Below are positions 25,560 through 38,713 of a DNA stretch of 64,000 bases, piece by piece (position 1 is the first letter of the stretch; every line of letters begins with the position of its first letter). Position numbers and translations under genes: made by a program. This DNA comes from Mobula birostris. Its lineage: Eukaryota. Location of the stretch: positions 806,001 to 870,000 of the forward strand of contig NC_092382.1 in assembly GCF_030028105.1 (NCBI RefSeq). Reading direction: 5' to 3'. The notes beneath the pieces are model-generated. The model made no database searches and was not told the DNA's origin. It saw only the letters and a program-made list of their open reading frames with translations.

Positions 25560-27215
25560 GGGGTGATGACTGTAACCCAGGAAGAAAAGCAAAGGAATGA
25601 AGCTCCTCTAACCTGCATCTTCTCAGCAAATGTACTGACCGACGAACACGATTAACTACCTTATAGATAGATCGTTGTGTCGGAGAGAAATGAGAATTTG
25701 CTGCATTTCCCGCTTAACGAAGACACGGCTTACTCAAGACCCGCCGTTTCCGTCGGTAAGACTGAAGGTTTCTCGATACACAGTATGGAATGGACTGCTG
25801 ATTCGGAGAAGAACGAAGGTCAGGGTTTGTGGTTCAGTACAAACTCTTTGAGTTGCTAAGACGCAGCTGTCTTGTCGCACTCGTGTTTCCCAAAGCTGAT
25901 ACATTTGATGACCAATTACCAAGAGAGTTCTTCTTGCTGTTCCAGTTTACATGCGGACAAATGTCTGCCTCAGGCAAGCACTCGAGGTATTGAATGATAT
26001 CATCAGCAAACAAGAAGCAGCGGAGCACGAACCTTTCAAATCATTCGTTCGCTTCAATCAGTCTTTAAAATTATTGTCGCCGACTTTAATCAGACTTGTT
26101 TGAATAAATTATCCTGCCAATTATCTCCAAAATGTAACCTGCAACTCCAAGGGTCACAACAGATCCAGGTATTGCTATACCACGATTAGCGATACCAACT
26201 GTTCCTGGACCACACTTCGGGAAATCTGATCACTTGGCTGTACATCTCCTCCCTGCGTTCAGGAATAAGGAAATCAGAAAGGCTCCGGTGATTAGACAAC
26301 AGAAGCGTGGACCCGGGCGGTACACGAACAGCTGTAGGATTGGTTCGAGTCGGTGAACTTGGCCGTGTTTAAGGCGTCATCAAAGGATCGGAATGATCAT
26401 CACCGTGGTTGTCACGGACTTTATAAAAACAGTCGTAGACGAGTGTGTCCCCACCAAGTCATTCATATTCTTCCCCAGTCAGAACCATAAGATTCGCAAG
26501 CTGCTGCGGCCAAATCTGAATCACTGACAGATGCTCGGCAGTATGGCAGGGCCTGAATGCAATCACTTCCTGCAAAGTGAAGCCAAGCGACATAGATGAA
26601 AACAAGGCATTGCTTCCAGATGATCCTAATGCCTTCTAGACATGCCCTCTGGCCGTCAAGACATGCAGGAACCTTCAAGAACACTCACAGCCCCCGATGA
26701 ACCTGTCACTGCTGACATGACAGAATCATTCTGGAAGGTGAACCAACGGTAAGCATCCGGCCCAGATTGAGTACCTGGACGAGTACGAATGGCGTGTGTT
26801 GAGCAACTGTCTGGACTTTTCATCGATATCTTTAATCTCTCGCATAGGCAGTCTGAGGAGCATACCTGCTTCAAGCAGGCTTATACCGGTGCCTAGGAGA
26901 ATCCCTTTCCGACCATTGAGCACATCCGCACGGAGCACTGTCGCAGGAAAGCAGCATCTACCATCAGTGACCCACACCATCAAGGCCTTTCTCTCTTCCT
27001 GCTGCCTCTGTATGGAAAAAGGTATAGGAGCTTCAGAGCCTCCTGCAGCAGGTTCTTACCCCTCAACCATTAGGCCCTTGAACAAGTGGGGATTATTTCA
27101 GCCAACTTCCCTCACCCCATCTCCGAACTGTTCCCAGAGGCTGTGGACTGACTTTCAAGAACTCTGTATCTGCTTTTCTTCATATGTATTGCTTATTTAT
27201 TATTTATTCTTATGT
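25560..27215 (+). mobile_element. Old Rex1/Babar LINE (APE endonuclease to 3' end, internally deleted)
   Basis: Decayed endonuclease motifs (EGFSIH.., PHFGKSDH), WFESVN..VF and 3'-end sequence. Its 3' UTR appears to resume at ~27950-28005 and ~28570-28605. Confidence 0.65.
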
Positions 27216-27219
27216 TTTC

Positions 27220-27945
27220 AAAGTTCAGAACCTGTGGTACATGGGCATAGCCAAGCACACTCGTTTCTCAAATGCTAGGAACCTCCGGACTATTCTAGTG
27301 TTGCTTAGTTTAGTAGCTTTCTGAATACTTACACAGATATTGTTGTGTAGCCCTAATTGTTTAGTGCTAGCGTGCAGGGTCTTTTGGTGTGAAACCACTT
27401 GTGGGTATTTCTATTGGGACAGAATTTGTCCTGTTCTTGCCCATAGTCTTTCAATTTCTCCTTTTAATTCGACATGTCTCCGGTGTTTTTCACTTATTGA
27501 TTTCTGAATGTTATATGTTTTTAGAATGGCTATATCTGTTAAGTACGTTGTTCCTGCGTGTTTATGCAGTAATATTACATCTGGACGATTATTATGGATT
27601 CTGCTCTCTATGATCCGTCGTGGTATAATGAGTAGGACTCTGACACTAAAAGTGGAACAGATTGTGTTTATAGTAAGGTATGGTGTCTTTTAATGAGTTT
27701 ATATTTTAAACCAGCATTTTGGTGAATAATGTTTTTAATTTGATTTTGCCTGTGTATGTCATCAGATTGAGTTAAACTGCTCCAGGGTCATGGAGTGTGT
27801 TCAACTGTTTCTAGTTTCTTTTAGAATTTCCGGCATTTACCTTGAATTTTTTGGTATTTTGTTATGTATTTTCAATAATATTCTACATCTACATCTACAT
27901 CTCAGAGCCAGAATTTCGACGCTTCCATGTCGACGTCTAGACATT
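27220..27945 (-). mobile_element. R4/Dong-type non-LTR retrotransposon 3' fragment
   Basis: Minus-strand translation IIHNRPDV..YLTDIAI..EIERLW and VPIEIPTSGFTPK..IQKATKLSNTRIVRRFL. Confidence 0.72.
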
Positions 27946-28007
27946 GATTACGTTTACTGGGTTCATTGTTTATGAAATTCAGAAAATGAATCTCAGTCCT
28001 GTACGTA

Positions 28008-28567
28008 CAATGAAACCCCGTTATAACGCGATCGTTTGGCGTTTGGCTTTTAGACCTGCTTCTTCTTCAACTTTGCAAAGCGACGCTCGTAACTTTTCTT
28101 CGTGAGATTTCCAGCCACGGAGTGTTGGTTCAGGCCTCGTGCATCTTGAGTATGACTTTCAGTCTTGATCGCGTCAAGTGCGTGAAGCTTATCTTTCACA
28201 GAAAAAGGTTTTCTTTTTCTAGCAGTTTGTTTCTGCTAGAAAAAGGTCCAGTGACTCACACAAACTGCTGGTGGAACGCAGCAGGTCAGGCAGCATCTGG
28301 TCGAGACCCTTCGTCAGGAGTACCGGAAAAAAGAGATAGTAAGGGATTTGAAAATTGGGGAGGGGGAAGGACAGACCGAAAATGATAGAAGACAGGAGGG
28401 TGAGGGAAGAAGCCAAGAGCCGGGAAGTTGATTGGCAAAAGGGATACAAGGATGGAGAAGGGGGACTGTGGATTGACATGGACATGGATGGACATGGAGT
28501 CCAATGACACATCGTGTTATATCCGAATTCGCGTTAAATCGGGGCGTGCAAAATCGGGGTTTCACTG
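28008..28567. mobile_element. pogo/Tigger-like non-autonomous DNA transposon containing a Penelope fragment (~28255-28470)
   Basis: Imperfect TIRs CAATGAAACCCCGTTATAACGCG / CAGTGAAACCCCGATTTTGCACG, flanked by TA at 28006-7 and 28568-9. Confidence 0.75.
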
Positions 28568-29305
28568 TATACGGTGACATATAGCTGCTTTGATAATAAA
28601 TTTACACATCTACTTCAAAGTGACCATTCTGGTTTAAATTTCTCCGAGAAGACCAATTGGTTGCTTACTCCAGAACGATATCCTCCCTATGAAGTGCGGT
28701 GATGTTCTCCATTCTCTATCGTACAAACCTTTCCCTCACAAAATGAACTCTTTATCAGCGCATTCGTAGCCTGGAAGCTGGAGATGACAATCAACCCATG
28801 CATCGGTCATATGTCTATATGCAAGTTTCCATAATAATTACTATTCACAGCCACCTGCACATATCAAATGATTTGTTGTTCCAACTATCTCAGTGATGAA
28901 GAAAATTACGTTAGTAGTTTTAGTAAGGTCAGTAAGTGGAAGAATGTTTACGAAGGACGATTGCTTGATATCGCTTTGCTTAACAATACACTCTATAAAG
29001 CACGTTCTCGTTAAAAATGAACTTTGTAATTGAAACGAGATGATAATAAATACATTTTCCGGTCACGTTAGACGAAGTGACTAACTAGGAGGTCGCAGTA
29101 ACTTATATTGTTTTAGACGCGGGACTCTCCATGGACCTGTGTCGTAGTAGAAAACGGAATCCATGGAGGTACCTGTCTGGCAGTGAAGCACGTTCTCATT
29201 ACATTTAGATTCTTTAAACAAAAACATTGATTTGATGCGCGAAATTGCAGTTAAATAAGCAAAACATCTTCAAGTACAACAATTAAAGCAGAAATCGATT
29301 CCATT

Positions 29306-29496
29306 NNNNNNNNNNNNNNNNNNNNNNNNNNNNNNNNNNNNNNNNNNNNNNNNNNNNNNNNNNNNNNNNNNNNNNNNNNNNNNNNNNNNNNNNNNNNNNN
29401 NNNNNNNNNNNNNNNNNNNNNNNNNNNNNNNNNNNNNNNNNNNNNNNNNNNNNNNNNNNNNNNNNNNNNNNNNNNNNNNNNNNNNNNNNNNNNNNN
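29306..29496. other. Assembly gap (N run)
   Basis: Run of Ns. Confidence 0.99.
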
Positions 29497-30109
29497 GAGT
29501 ATTAACGACAAAAAAATAATGCAATTGCAAATGGAGACGAGGTGTCGCGGCGTTAAAAAATGCGACCACATAGTTTCAATGGTCATATTAGATAATGATC
29601 TCTGTCTTTCCCCATGTATCATGTTCGACGTGCCACAGTCTGTGTTACCCAATTGCGTTGCACTTTTCTCCAAAATTCAAAAGATATGCGGGGGATCAGT
29701 CAAGGTTCGTTCGTTCTCGTCCACAAATCAGCTTGTTGGTCGAATTCCATTCAAAAGTCCTTCACTTCCTGATCAAGTGTTGTTTCATTTGCAGGATGAA
29801 CGTCACAAGGATCTTGTGATTGGGTAACATATGCAAGCCTGATAATCTTGTGGATGTAGCGAAAAAACTATGGATGGTGGTGGCGCGAAATGCAGAGTAA
29901 GGTGGAGAATGAACTCAGACTCGCAATCCAGATAAACAAGACGACCAAACGCAACCGAAAGGCGAAATAACAAACTGTACTACTAACGCTGGAACTCTTA
30001 CGATTAAGCACTGAGTGCTCAGCCTGTCTTCCTGTCCTCTGGCTGCCTGGTCCTCTGTCTATCTGTCTAAGTGTCTCTTGCTCGGCATTTGGCCCATATC
30101 TGAACTTGG

Positions 30110-30965
30110 AGACACAGTTCCTTGGTCTTATTGATATTTAGTGAGAGGTTGATGGCACCACTCAGCCAGGATTTCAATCTCCTTCTGTCTGGTGATTCAT
30201 CACTCAATTTGATACAGATCACGCCGGTGGTGTCATCGGCAAACTTGAATATGGTGTTGGAGCTGTGCTTAGCCACACAGTCATAATTGTAAAGCGAGAA
30301 AAGAAGGAGGCTAATTACACATTGCCGCTGCTGTGCTGATGGAGATCGTGGAGGTGATGATTTTGCAAATCCGTGCTGACTATGTTATATAGGTGAGGAC
30401 ATTAATGATCGATTTGCACAAGCAGGTATTGAGACCCAGATCCTGGTGTTACTGATCGTTGAGAAGAGGGTAATAGTGTTAAATTCCGAGCTGCATTCGG
30501 TAAACGGCATCATGATGTAAGCCTCTTTGGTGTCCAGATGTTCCAGGGTTGCATGAAGAGAGAAGGAGATGGCATCTGCTGTAGACCTGTTGCTGCGGCA
30601 GACGAACTGGAGCGGATACATAGTCATTCAAACAAGAGCTGACATGTTTCAACACCAGTCTCTCAAAATTCTTTTATTGTGGAAGTAAGTGCTACTGGAC
30701 GATAATATTTTGACACGTTACCGTGCTCTTCTTCGGCACTGGTATAATTAAAGCCTGCTTAAAGCAGTTGGGTACCACATACCGTGCAGAGAGAGGTTGA
30801 GGTTTCCGTAAATGCAACAGCCAGACCTTTTTTCGGAAAAGGTCATCAGTACTCGGCCAAGTGTTTCGTCCGAAACGGATGCTTACCTTGTATTCACTTG
30901 CTTGAGGACAGCCTCCTCGTCATTTTCGGATACTGAGACCAAAGGAGCATCGGGAGACAAGGGTG
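30110..30965 (-). mobile_element. Old Rex1/Babar LINE RT fragment
   Basis: PLQFVCRSNRSTADAISFSLHATLEHLD and IFKFADDTT. Confidence 0.8.
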
Positions 30966-33688
30966 TGCGCGACGGTTTCTTCCTGTTCTGGTGAGCGAAG
31001 CGATTAGAGAACGGACAGCGGCATCTACCACACTGCGGGGTACTGGAGTGCCGGAACCCGAATGCTAGTCGCTGATCAGTTGGGACAACCACAGTGGAGC
31101 TCTTCCCTGTAAATGGACTGCAGGGTTCTTGGTGTTAATCTTCATCTTCCCTTGAATCATTCTGTTTACGTTATTCCGTTGTATGTCCAGCCAACACATT
31201 GGGACTGAGAACTTATATTTTCATCTGAGTTCATTGTCCATCACTGCGCTTCATTTTCTCAGCCAGTTCGCGTGAACCTTCACTTACTTTTGCCACCCTA
31301 TATCCACCAAACCATATATCATCAATGCAGTTACACCTGGAACACCAAGTGAGAGATTGCACACTACCGAATCGCTGGCTGATGGATCATGGAATTCAGT
31401 CCGACTTTGTAAATGCCTTGAAGCGGCAATGGACTGGTGAACTGACGTTATTCCCACAGCACAACATTTCCATCTTGTGGACATCGATCCAGTAAGATTG
31501 AGAAAAGAGGCATTTCCATCTCCATAGCAGTCAATCAAAGTCCATCTCCTTGCGATCAAAGCTGCAATTTCTGGTGCAGCAACAGATGAACAAAATACGG
31601 TTAGACAGTTCGAGAGAGGAGCAATCGGGCAGGGAACAAGAAGAGGGAGATACAGGTAGATAGACAGACGGATAGATAGATAGATAGATATAGATACTGT
31701 AAATAGATGGATGAATAGACATACAGACAGATGCCTTCTCCAGAAAGAACTGTAATCTGCAGATCAGTAAGCAGGAGCGAGGCAAAGGCAGTGGAACTAG
31801 GCAATGGGGAAAAAAAAACAAATATTTATTGTCACTCAGTGAAGACTTAATCAGAGCTATTACAGGTGGACACATTGAGTTTTGTTTAGTCATATTATCC
31901 TAATAGTTTTCTCATTGCTTCTGATCTGCTAAACCAGAGACTATTTTCAGATGAGAAGAAAAAAATAAGAAACAAACTAGCCGAAGGAACAGCATGTGAC
32001 CTGGTGGTCTGAGCCAAGTGTTTGGCTAACCTAGTTGGTCTCGTTTAAAATAGATTGACAGGAGAAAAATTAATTACTTGGATCACAAGCGTGGGGGGAA
32101 AGCCCTACAGATAGAGTCAACGAAAATTAATCTTAACAGATTTACCTGATAAGGAAATGAATACAAATATTTGATTTCAGGAGTACCAGTAGCAACAACT
32201 CTGAGAATAGCAACCGTCGCAGAAGATGATGACCCCAGGTCGGAAACACGAAGATTTCATCAGGATCAAGAGGGACGCCTTGTCTGTGTAAAACTATTTT
32301 CCCGGTTATTCCCTTCCCTATTCTATGACTGTTCGTGGAGTGTAAGGAACACGCTGTCGGTGTACACATAGGTGATTTCTCTGCCGCTTTTCACAATGTG
32401 CATTTCATCCTGGAGGTAATCTCGCACAGTTTTAGATGTCATTCACCTGCCACTACACCCCGTCAAGCAATGCCTCCACATTACTCGCTGCCATAGATCG
32501 GCTTGCTCTGACCATAGACATTTGGCAAATTATGACCCATTATCTTTTCCAGCGTGAATCGCGAAACAGATGTTGTTTCAAGGTCTGAAACAGAAACATA
32601 GACTGGTAGAACTTATCCATTGGAAAAGTCTCCGTAGTAAGCAAAACTAGTTAACACTCACCTTTGGAAATGGGTCAAGCGTGTAAATGTACCAAGTTCC
32701 AACATGAAGATTGCAGGGCGGTGAGCAATTAATTAGAACACGGAGCGGTTCTTTAGGATTTTATCTTGCCGGGGCAAGAGGGGGACCTGGACATCACCAT
32801 AGAAACAATCAGAGGGGAGTTCTGCCAGCGGAAGAAAACAAAGTACAGCGCATTCCCGATCGTCGCAATGTGTCCATTTGGAAGATGAGCTGCCGATCCT
32901 GGAATGTAACTGCTGCCTCGTGATGGCAGTGGAGAGAGTTGGAGACAGAGACAAAACGTTTGTGTATCAGTGGATTAATTAATATAGTGCAAATAAACAG
33001 GGAACAGACCAAGTACACACAGCCGCTCTCTTTTTTTTCTTGTGTAGGGGAGACATCACTGTGACCACTGTAAGTACAGTAGCCTAGGTCGGTACAGATA
33101 CATTGAAGTTGCTGTGTCATTTCCTCACATCAGAATGAAATCAGGAAAGTCAACAACTTACGCTAACTTAGCATAAACTTCCACTTCCGCTGAACCTATT
33201 CCCTTCATATTCGATGCATCTGATATAGAGAATGTTTACTACTACTGAACACATGAATGTCGCTAATAATTCTCTATGAAACACCTGTTCCTCCTCCATT
33301 TTAAGAAGAGTCTGATCCCTGAATATCTGAAATGTTCCGCTTTCTGCAGCTTCCTGGCGAAATCCCTCTGCATCGGCTCCCCTGCTATCACACCCTTCAC
33401 TGAAGAAACATTAATGTTCTAATCAGACCAATATTATATATTATGATTGCTATCGTCACTGAAGGCAGGTTTTCGGAATGTACTGAACACCACATTATCA
33501 AACCGTATGCCTATTTTCACTGATGTTTGAACTTCCATTTCTTTGTCCGTCTCTACATCAGCACTCTTGAGAACCCCATCACTCTTTGAGAATATCCCAG
33601 CCCTACTCACCCATGGGACTTAATCACCACGTATCACCACCCCTTATCAGCCCTTCGATGACCATCTGACAAATTTATACATTTTTTC

Positions 33689-34625
33689 TGTGACGGGGTC
33701 CTGAGTTACCCCTATCAACTGTGCTTTTGAAAAGAGAGAGAATGAGGTGCCATACACCAGACACCTTGTTAAAAAGACAGAGAAAGAAAGGGAAAGAGAG
33801 AGAGAGAGAGAGAGAGACGGATGAAGACCGCTCACAGTTTACTTATACTTTCTACAAGGACATTGCCTGCTTGTACGTTCTTACGGAGAGGGAAGAGAGG
33901 AGCTGTTTGAGAGACAGTTGGTATTCAGCGCAGTGAGATAAATAGATGGTCAGATGATAGACCTACGGGCACATGGTTTTGGACACTGAATGAACTTTGT
34001 TGTGCCCACAGAAAGGGAGAGTTTTGGAGGATGGATCAGGCGGATCGATCAGTTGTTCTTGCAGTATGGAAAGGGTGTGACCGGTGGGCAGTTATTCGTG
34101 TGTCCAATCCTCACCTGGGTTGACAATTTAACCACAGAAGAACGGTCCCCTTTGTTGTGGTCACGGTCGTTGACTTCTAAAGAATTTCGGAGGACAACGG
34201 GAAGATCGACGGCATCAGCTCACCTGAAGATTCAAATCTCTCCCTCTCTTTCTCTCCAGCAGTACTCAGCACAATACCAGGAACTGAACTGAACTTTACT
34301 CATCATCTTAAGACTACTTGTTTACCCCAAGAGCTGAAGAANNNNNNNNNNNNNNNNNNNNNNNNNNNNNNNNNNNNNNNNNNNNNNNNNNNNNNNNNNN
34401 NNNNNNNNNNNNNNNNNNNNNNNNNNNNNNNNNNNNNNNNNNNNNNNNNNNNNNNNNNNNNNNNNNNNNNNNNNNNNNNNNNNNNNNNNNNNNNNNNNNN
34501 NNACCTGCATTTAAATTACTGTATTGCGTAGTTACTAATAAATAGTATTAGTTAATAGCAATACTGGACTCCAAAGTGTTTTCTATTTCTTCTGGTTCTT
34601 TAACCCGTCACGGGGTACGTGACAT
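33689..34625 (+). mobile_element. Solo LTR-like insertion (spans a gap)
   Basis: Begins TGTGACGGGG and ends ...CACGGGGTACGTGACA. Interrupts upstream sequence that is contiguous in gene A. No clear TSD seen. Confidence 0.45.
34342..34502. other. Assembly gap (N run)
   Basis: Run of Ns. Confidence 0.99.
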
Positions 34626-34888
34626 TACCCACGGGGTATGTAACACCTCCCTCCCAAAAAAAAGTTGGTCTGTCACGTGACACTACCCATAACCAACGAC
34701 CCACTACCTTATTAATTCAACAATTATACAGACACAGCGAGCGCCCTTCTTATGTGCTATTCAACTCAGATCATTCAATACACAGGTACAGAGAGGTAGC
34801 ACGTCACGAAATACGAATATACAATGTCGTATTATCTTTAGAGTGAAAGTGCGATTCAAAATGTCAAATAAGTTAATATGTCTAAGTA

Positions 34889-35455
34889 CAGTGGCTTGTG
34901 AACCCTGTAGAACTTTCTCTCTTTCTACATAAATATGGCCGAAAATGTGATCAGATCTTCACACAGGTCCCTAACTAGATAAAGAGAACCCAATTAAATA
35001 AATAACACAAAAAGGCATTAGACTTATACAATTATTTATTGAGGCAAATGATCCAATATTAATGCAATTGTTGGGAAATCATGTGAACCTTTGCTTTCAG
35101 TAACACGTGTGACCTCCTTGCACAGCAGTACCTTCCAACAAACGTTCCCAGCAGCAATTGCTCATTCCAAAAAATTGACCTGGAGGAAATTTAACTGATC
35201 CCTCCTTACAAAGTGGCTTCAGCTGTGGGGCGTTGCTAGGTTTCCTTGCAAGGACTACTTGCTTCATGTCCATCCACAGCATTTCTACCGATTAATTTCC
35301 GAACTTTGACTCCGCCATTAAAAAAAAATTTTCTTCTTTTTAAATCTTTCCATTTTTGAATTACTCTTATCTTTCGGATCAATGCTTGCTGCATTACTCA
35401 ACTTCTATTAAGCCTCAGGTGATGCATTGCTACCTGAACATTCCTCTGAAAACTG
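34889..35455 (-). mobile_element. Tc1 transposon 3' remnant (TIR plus transposase C-terminus)
   Basis: TA|CAGTGG..TTGTGAACCCTGTAGAA terminus and LWMDMKQVVLARKPSNAPQLKPLCKEG. Same insertion site as the 56126-58050 copy. Confidence 0.85.
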
Positions 35456-35669
35456 TTTTGACACGTACAAGTCGCATGAGGAGCTCCGCAGACCAGGTAG
35501 CATTTATGGAAATGAATAACTAAATAGTCGATGCTTCGGGCCGAGACGCTCCTCAGAGCTGGAGAGGAAAGGGTTAGCTGCTTCCACAACAGCCATTATG
35601 AAACCGAGAGTTCAGCCTGAGAGGGTTTCACAACTATATTCACTGACTGCTCCGTTATGTCGTGTCGTC

Positions 35670-35904
35670 ATTGAGATTTTGCAATTTCGTGTCAAGCTAT
35701 TCCTACATCATCGCAATTGGGATTTCACTTGAATTACATTATTTTTATTTTTATCCCAGCTGTTGGAGACACGTCAGCCTTGTGTAGTATTGAATATTCA
35801 GTGTGCTGGAGCGAGTATAAATGAACGGCCGTGGAGATTCATCAGCTCAGAGTTTCTTCAGCGAGATCGCGAGCAGCTGGAAGACAGGCTGAATCTCACA
35901 CAGC
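35670..35904 (+). promoter_or_regulatory. Conserved proximal promoter/5' UTR of gene C
   Basis: CAGCTG 35757-62, ACGTCA 35771-76, palindrome TGAATATTCA 35791-800, TATAAAT 35816-22. Confidence 0.62.
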
Positions 35905-35971
35905 ATGCTTGAAACATTTTACCTTGTGAGGAAGATATGTCACATGATCATTGCCGTTATTGGTGTTCCTG
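35905..35971 (+). CDS. Gene C exon 1 (MLETFYLVRKICHMIIAVIGVP)
   Basis: ATG at 35905, donor G|GTGAGA. Confidence 0.9.
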
Positions 35972-37051
35972 GTGAGAACATAGGCGAATTAACTTTTGCA
36001 GTTCTGTGTGTACAGTCTTTGGACTCGTTCATTTACCGACAGCGTTGTCATGCCGCTGTGAATGTAAACCCCCTAATCCAGCGCGCTCGGTAGCTTTATG
36101 CGCTACCTGGTATAATTCTATATCAATAGTGCAACCTGCTTTAAATTCAAATGTAAAGACATTGCTCTGTGCTTTATGAAATCGCTGTAAGTGTGAAGGA
36201 AACGCGGGAAGCGACTCGCCAGTGAGCTTCAGGGGAGAGAGGTAGACAGCACTTATGACTTAGACTCCAAACTATCGGGAGTTTCCAACATTTAAATCAG
36301 GGTCTATGCGCGATTTTAGTGCACCAGGGATTGTTTCCATGAACTGTTCCGTGAAGCGATTGGAGTTAGGAGCCAATACAGCGATTTCCGTCAGGGGCTC
36401 TGGAACAATAAGCTTCGCATTCAGAAAAACACTGCAGTGATTTGGAGCGACATCTAAGACAGGAAGATGATTCGAAGTAAGTATATAGTCTATGCTTTAG
36501 AAATTGGATATTTTAAGCACTAACAAGCAAAATATCTGAAATGTTCATCCGGTCAGACACAATATTTAAAAGCGAAAATTGGAACTTTCTGATCCGACAT
36601 ACTGACACCGATCAGAAAAGAATTGGTGTAGGAACCCCAACAAATATTACTTGCAGAATTTAAAAGAAGCGAGGCAGCCGAGGCCCCGTGTGCAACGGGA
36701 ACTGAGGGGGAAGCGAAGACAATCGAACTAGAAAACTAAATTTATCTGAAATTCTTAAATGGAATGAGAAGGAAGGACCGGGATTCTCGATATGCCAAGA
36801 ATGGCAGAACATAGCTAACGGGAAGGCGGCGATCACTACCGCTGAGAATGCGGCCGAGGTATCCAACCGTCAGTAGAAAAGGTAATGATGGGAGAATGAT
36901 ATTGATTTCTACAAAGCACCCTTGGTGATCAGTTAACGATTCCAAAACAAAGTTCCTATTCCAGTACCGAGTATTCTTCTCAATTTCCAACTAATCTAGC
37001 ACATGGAGTGGCGAGACAGTAATTTACTCATTATTTTTGCTGTTCCCCCAG

Positions 37052-37962
37052 TGAATTTAGTGGCGATTGTGATCCTGTCCCGGGGAAAGTGCGGCATCTC
37101 CACCTGCACCACTCGCTACCTGGTGGCCATGGCTACGGCGGATCTACTAACCATCGCCTTTCAGGTCATATTGTGGCGAGTCAGTTATTATTACTTCCCC
37201 GGGACTTTCCTGGACATCACCCCCGTATGCAGTGTGATCTACGCCGTGGGTTTGGCTGCCACAGACTGCTCTGTCTGGTTCACCGTCACTTTCACGTTTG
37301 ATCGGTTTGTCGCCATCTGTAGGCAGAAGCTGGAAGCTGAGTATTGCACCGGGAAAACTGCGGCTGTGATTCTGATAACAAGCGGTGTTTTGTTCTTTTT
37401 TAAAAATGTGCCCATCTTCTTTATATTTCGTCCTGTTAACGTGATTGACAATATACCCTGGGACTGTATTCGAAAGCCTGCCTACTTTGCGGATCCCGGG
37501 TGGGTGGGATATAGAATGTTTTCCACCGTCCTAACGCCATTACTCCCGTTCGTGTTAATACTCCTGTTCAACGCTCTGACAGTCAGACACATCCTAGTGA
37601 CAAGTCGCGTCCGTAAGGGCCTGAGGGGCCATACCAAGGGAGATAACCGCAGTGACCCGGAGATGGAGAGCAGGAGGAGGTCTGTGATCTTACTTCTCAC
37701 CATCTCGGGCAGCTTCATCATCCTGTGGTCGGTGAGAGTTGCCGAATTCCTTTATAACACCATTGCCGTATTGGACCCATTTAATTACAACGTTACGGAA
37801 TACATAGTTGAACACTCCAGTTACATACTGATGTTATTAAGTTGCTGCACAAACTCGTTTATTTATGGGGTGACGCAGACAAAGTTCAGGGAGCAATTCA
37901 TCAGCGCAGCGAAATATCCTCTCACGTCAATTACTCAAATAATTAACAAATGCAATATCTAA
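37052..37962 (+). CDS. GPR139/GPR142-like GPCR, gene C, exon 2 (325 aa spliced)
   Basis: Acceptor ccccag|TG at 37051/37052, intact 911-nt exon ending in TAA. Confidence 0.92.
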
Positions 37963-38713
37963 TGCCTCTCAGAGGCGGTCGCTGATTTCTTTCTGTCTTG
38001 ACGTTACAGAACTGGCGGTCACCGAAGATCGTGCCACATGGGAAAATAAAATTGGTTTAGATCCCGAGAGAGACGCAGCTCGGAAACATCCCCTCCCGCA
38101 CCCACAGCCCACCACGTAACCCTTCTATCAATTATTAAACTCAACCTACCTTTTATTTCTTTTATTGTTTTATTGTCTTTCGCTATATTCCGGCTGCTGT
38201 CACCGCCACGCCACTTTCGATAACGAATCCCACCCTCCGGTGTAAATACTCACCGGTCGAGTGGCCTAAAAGCCGTTGCACTCGGTGACGGAGAGGAAAC
38301 GGAGCAACTGGAAACTAGCGGGAATACTGCTGTCACTAGGAGAACGGGCGGAATCCACACTGAGCGCTCCGGAAATCAGATGGAGCCTGGCCCGTACGCA
38401 GACTGAACAGACAGCGCCACAAAGAGACTTAGCTGACTGTCTCCAACATCGGCCCGTTCTTTGAAACGCTATGAGCAGACAACACTGGCGTGTACAGAGA
38501 TCCTCACTTCAGCTGTGAGTGTCCCTGCCCAGTCAGTTGGTATCAACTTTGTGATGTGTCCACCTGCACAGGCAGTGTCTCTCCAGCGTCCAAATATCAC
38601 CTGCAGAAAGTCTGTAGCTGATGGTGGCTTGCATGACGTTGTGTGTTTTCCTTCCTCATTTCCCTGGGTGTCTTTTAGCAGGTAACAAGACCGTTATTGA
38701 ACGCAAAGCGATC

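Noticed and set aside
31320-31380. LGVPG followed by GT on the minus strand, resembling a GPCR exon 1 end
   Set aside because: It lies in an ancient CR1-like relic (SGVPQG-type motif) also present near 9130, with no matching ATG or promoter block.
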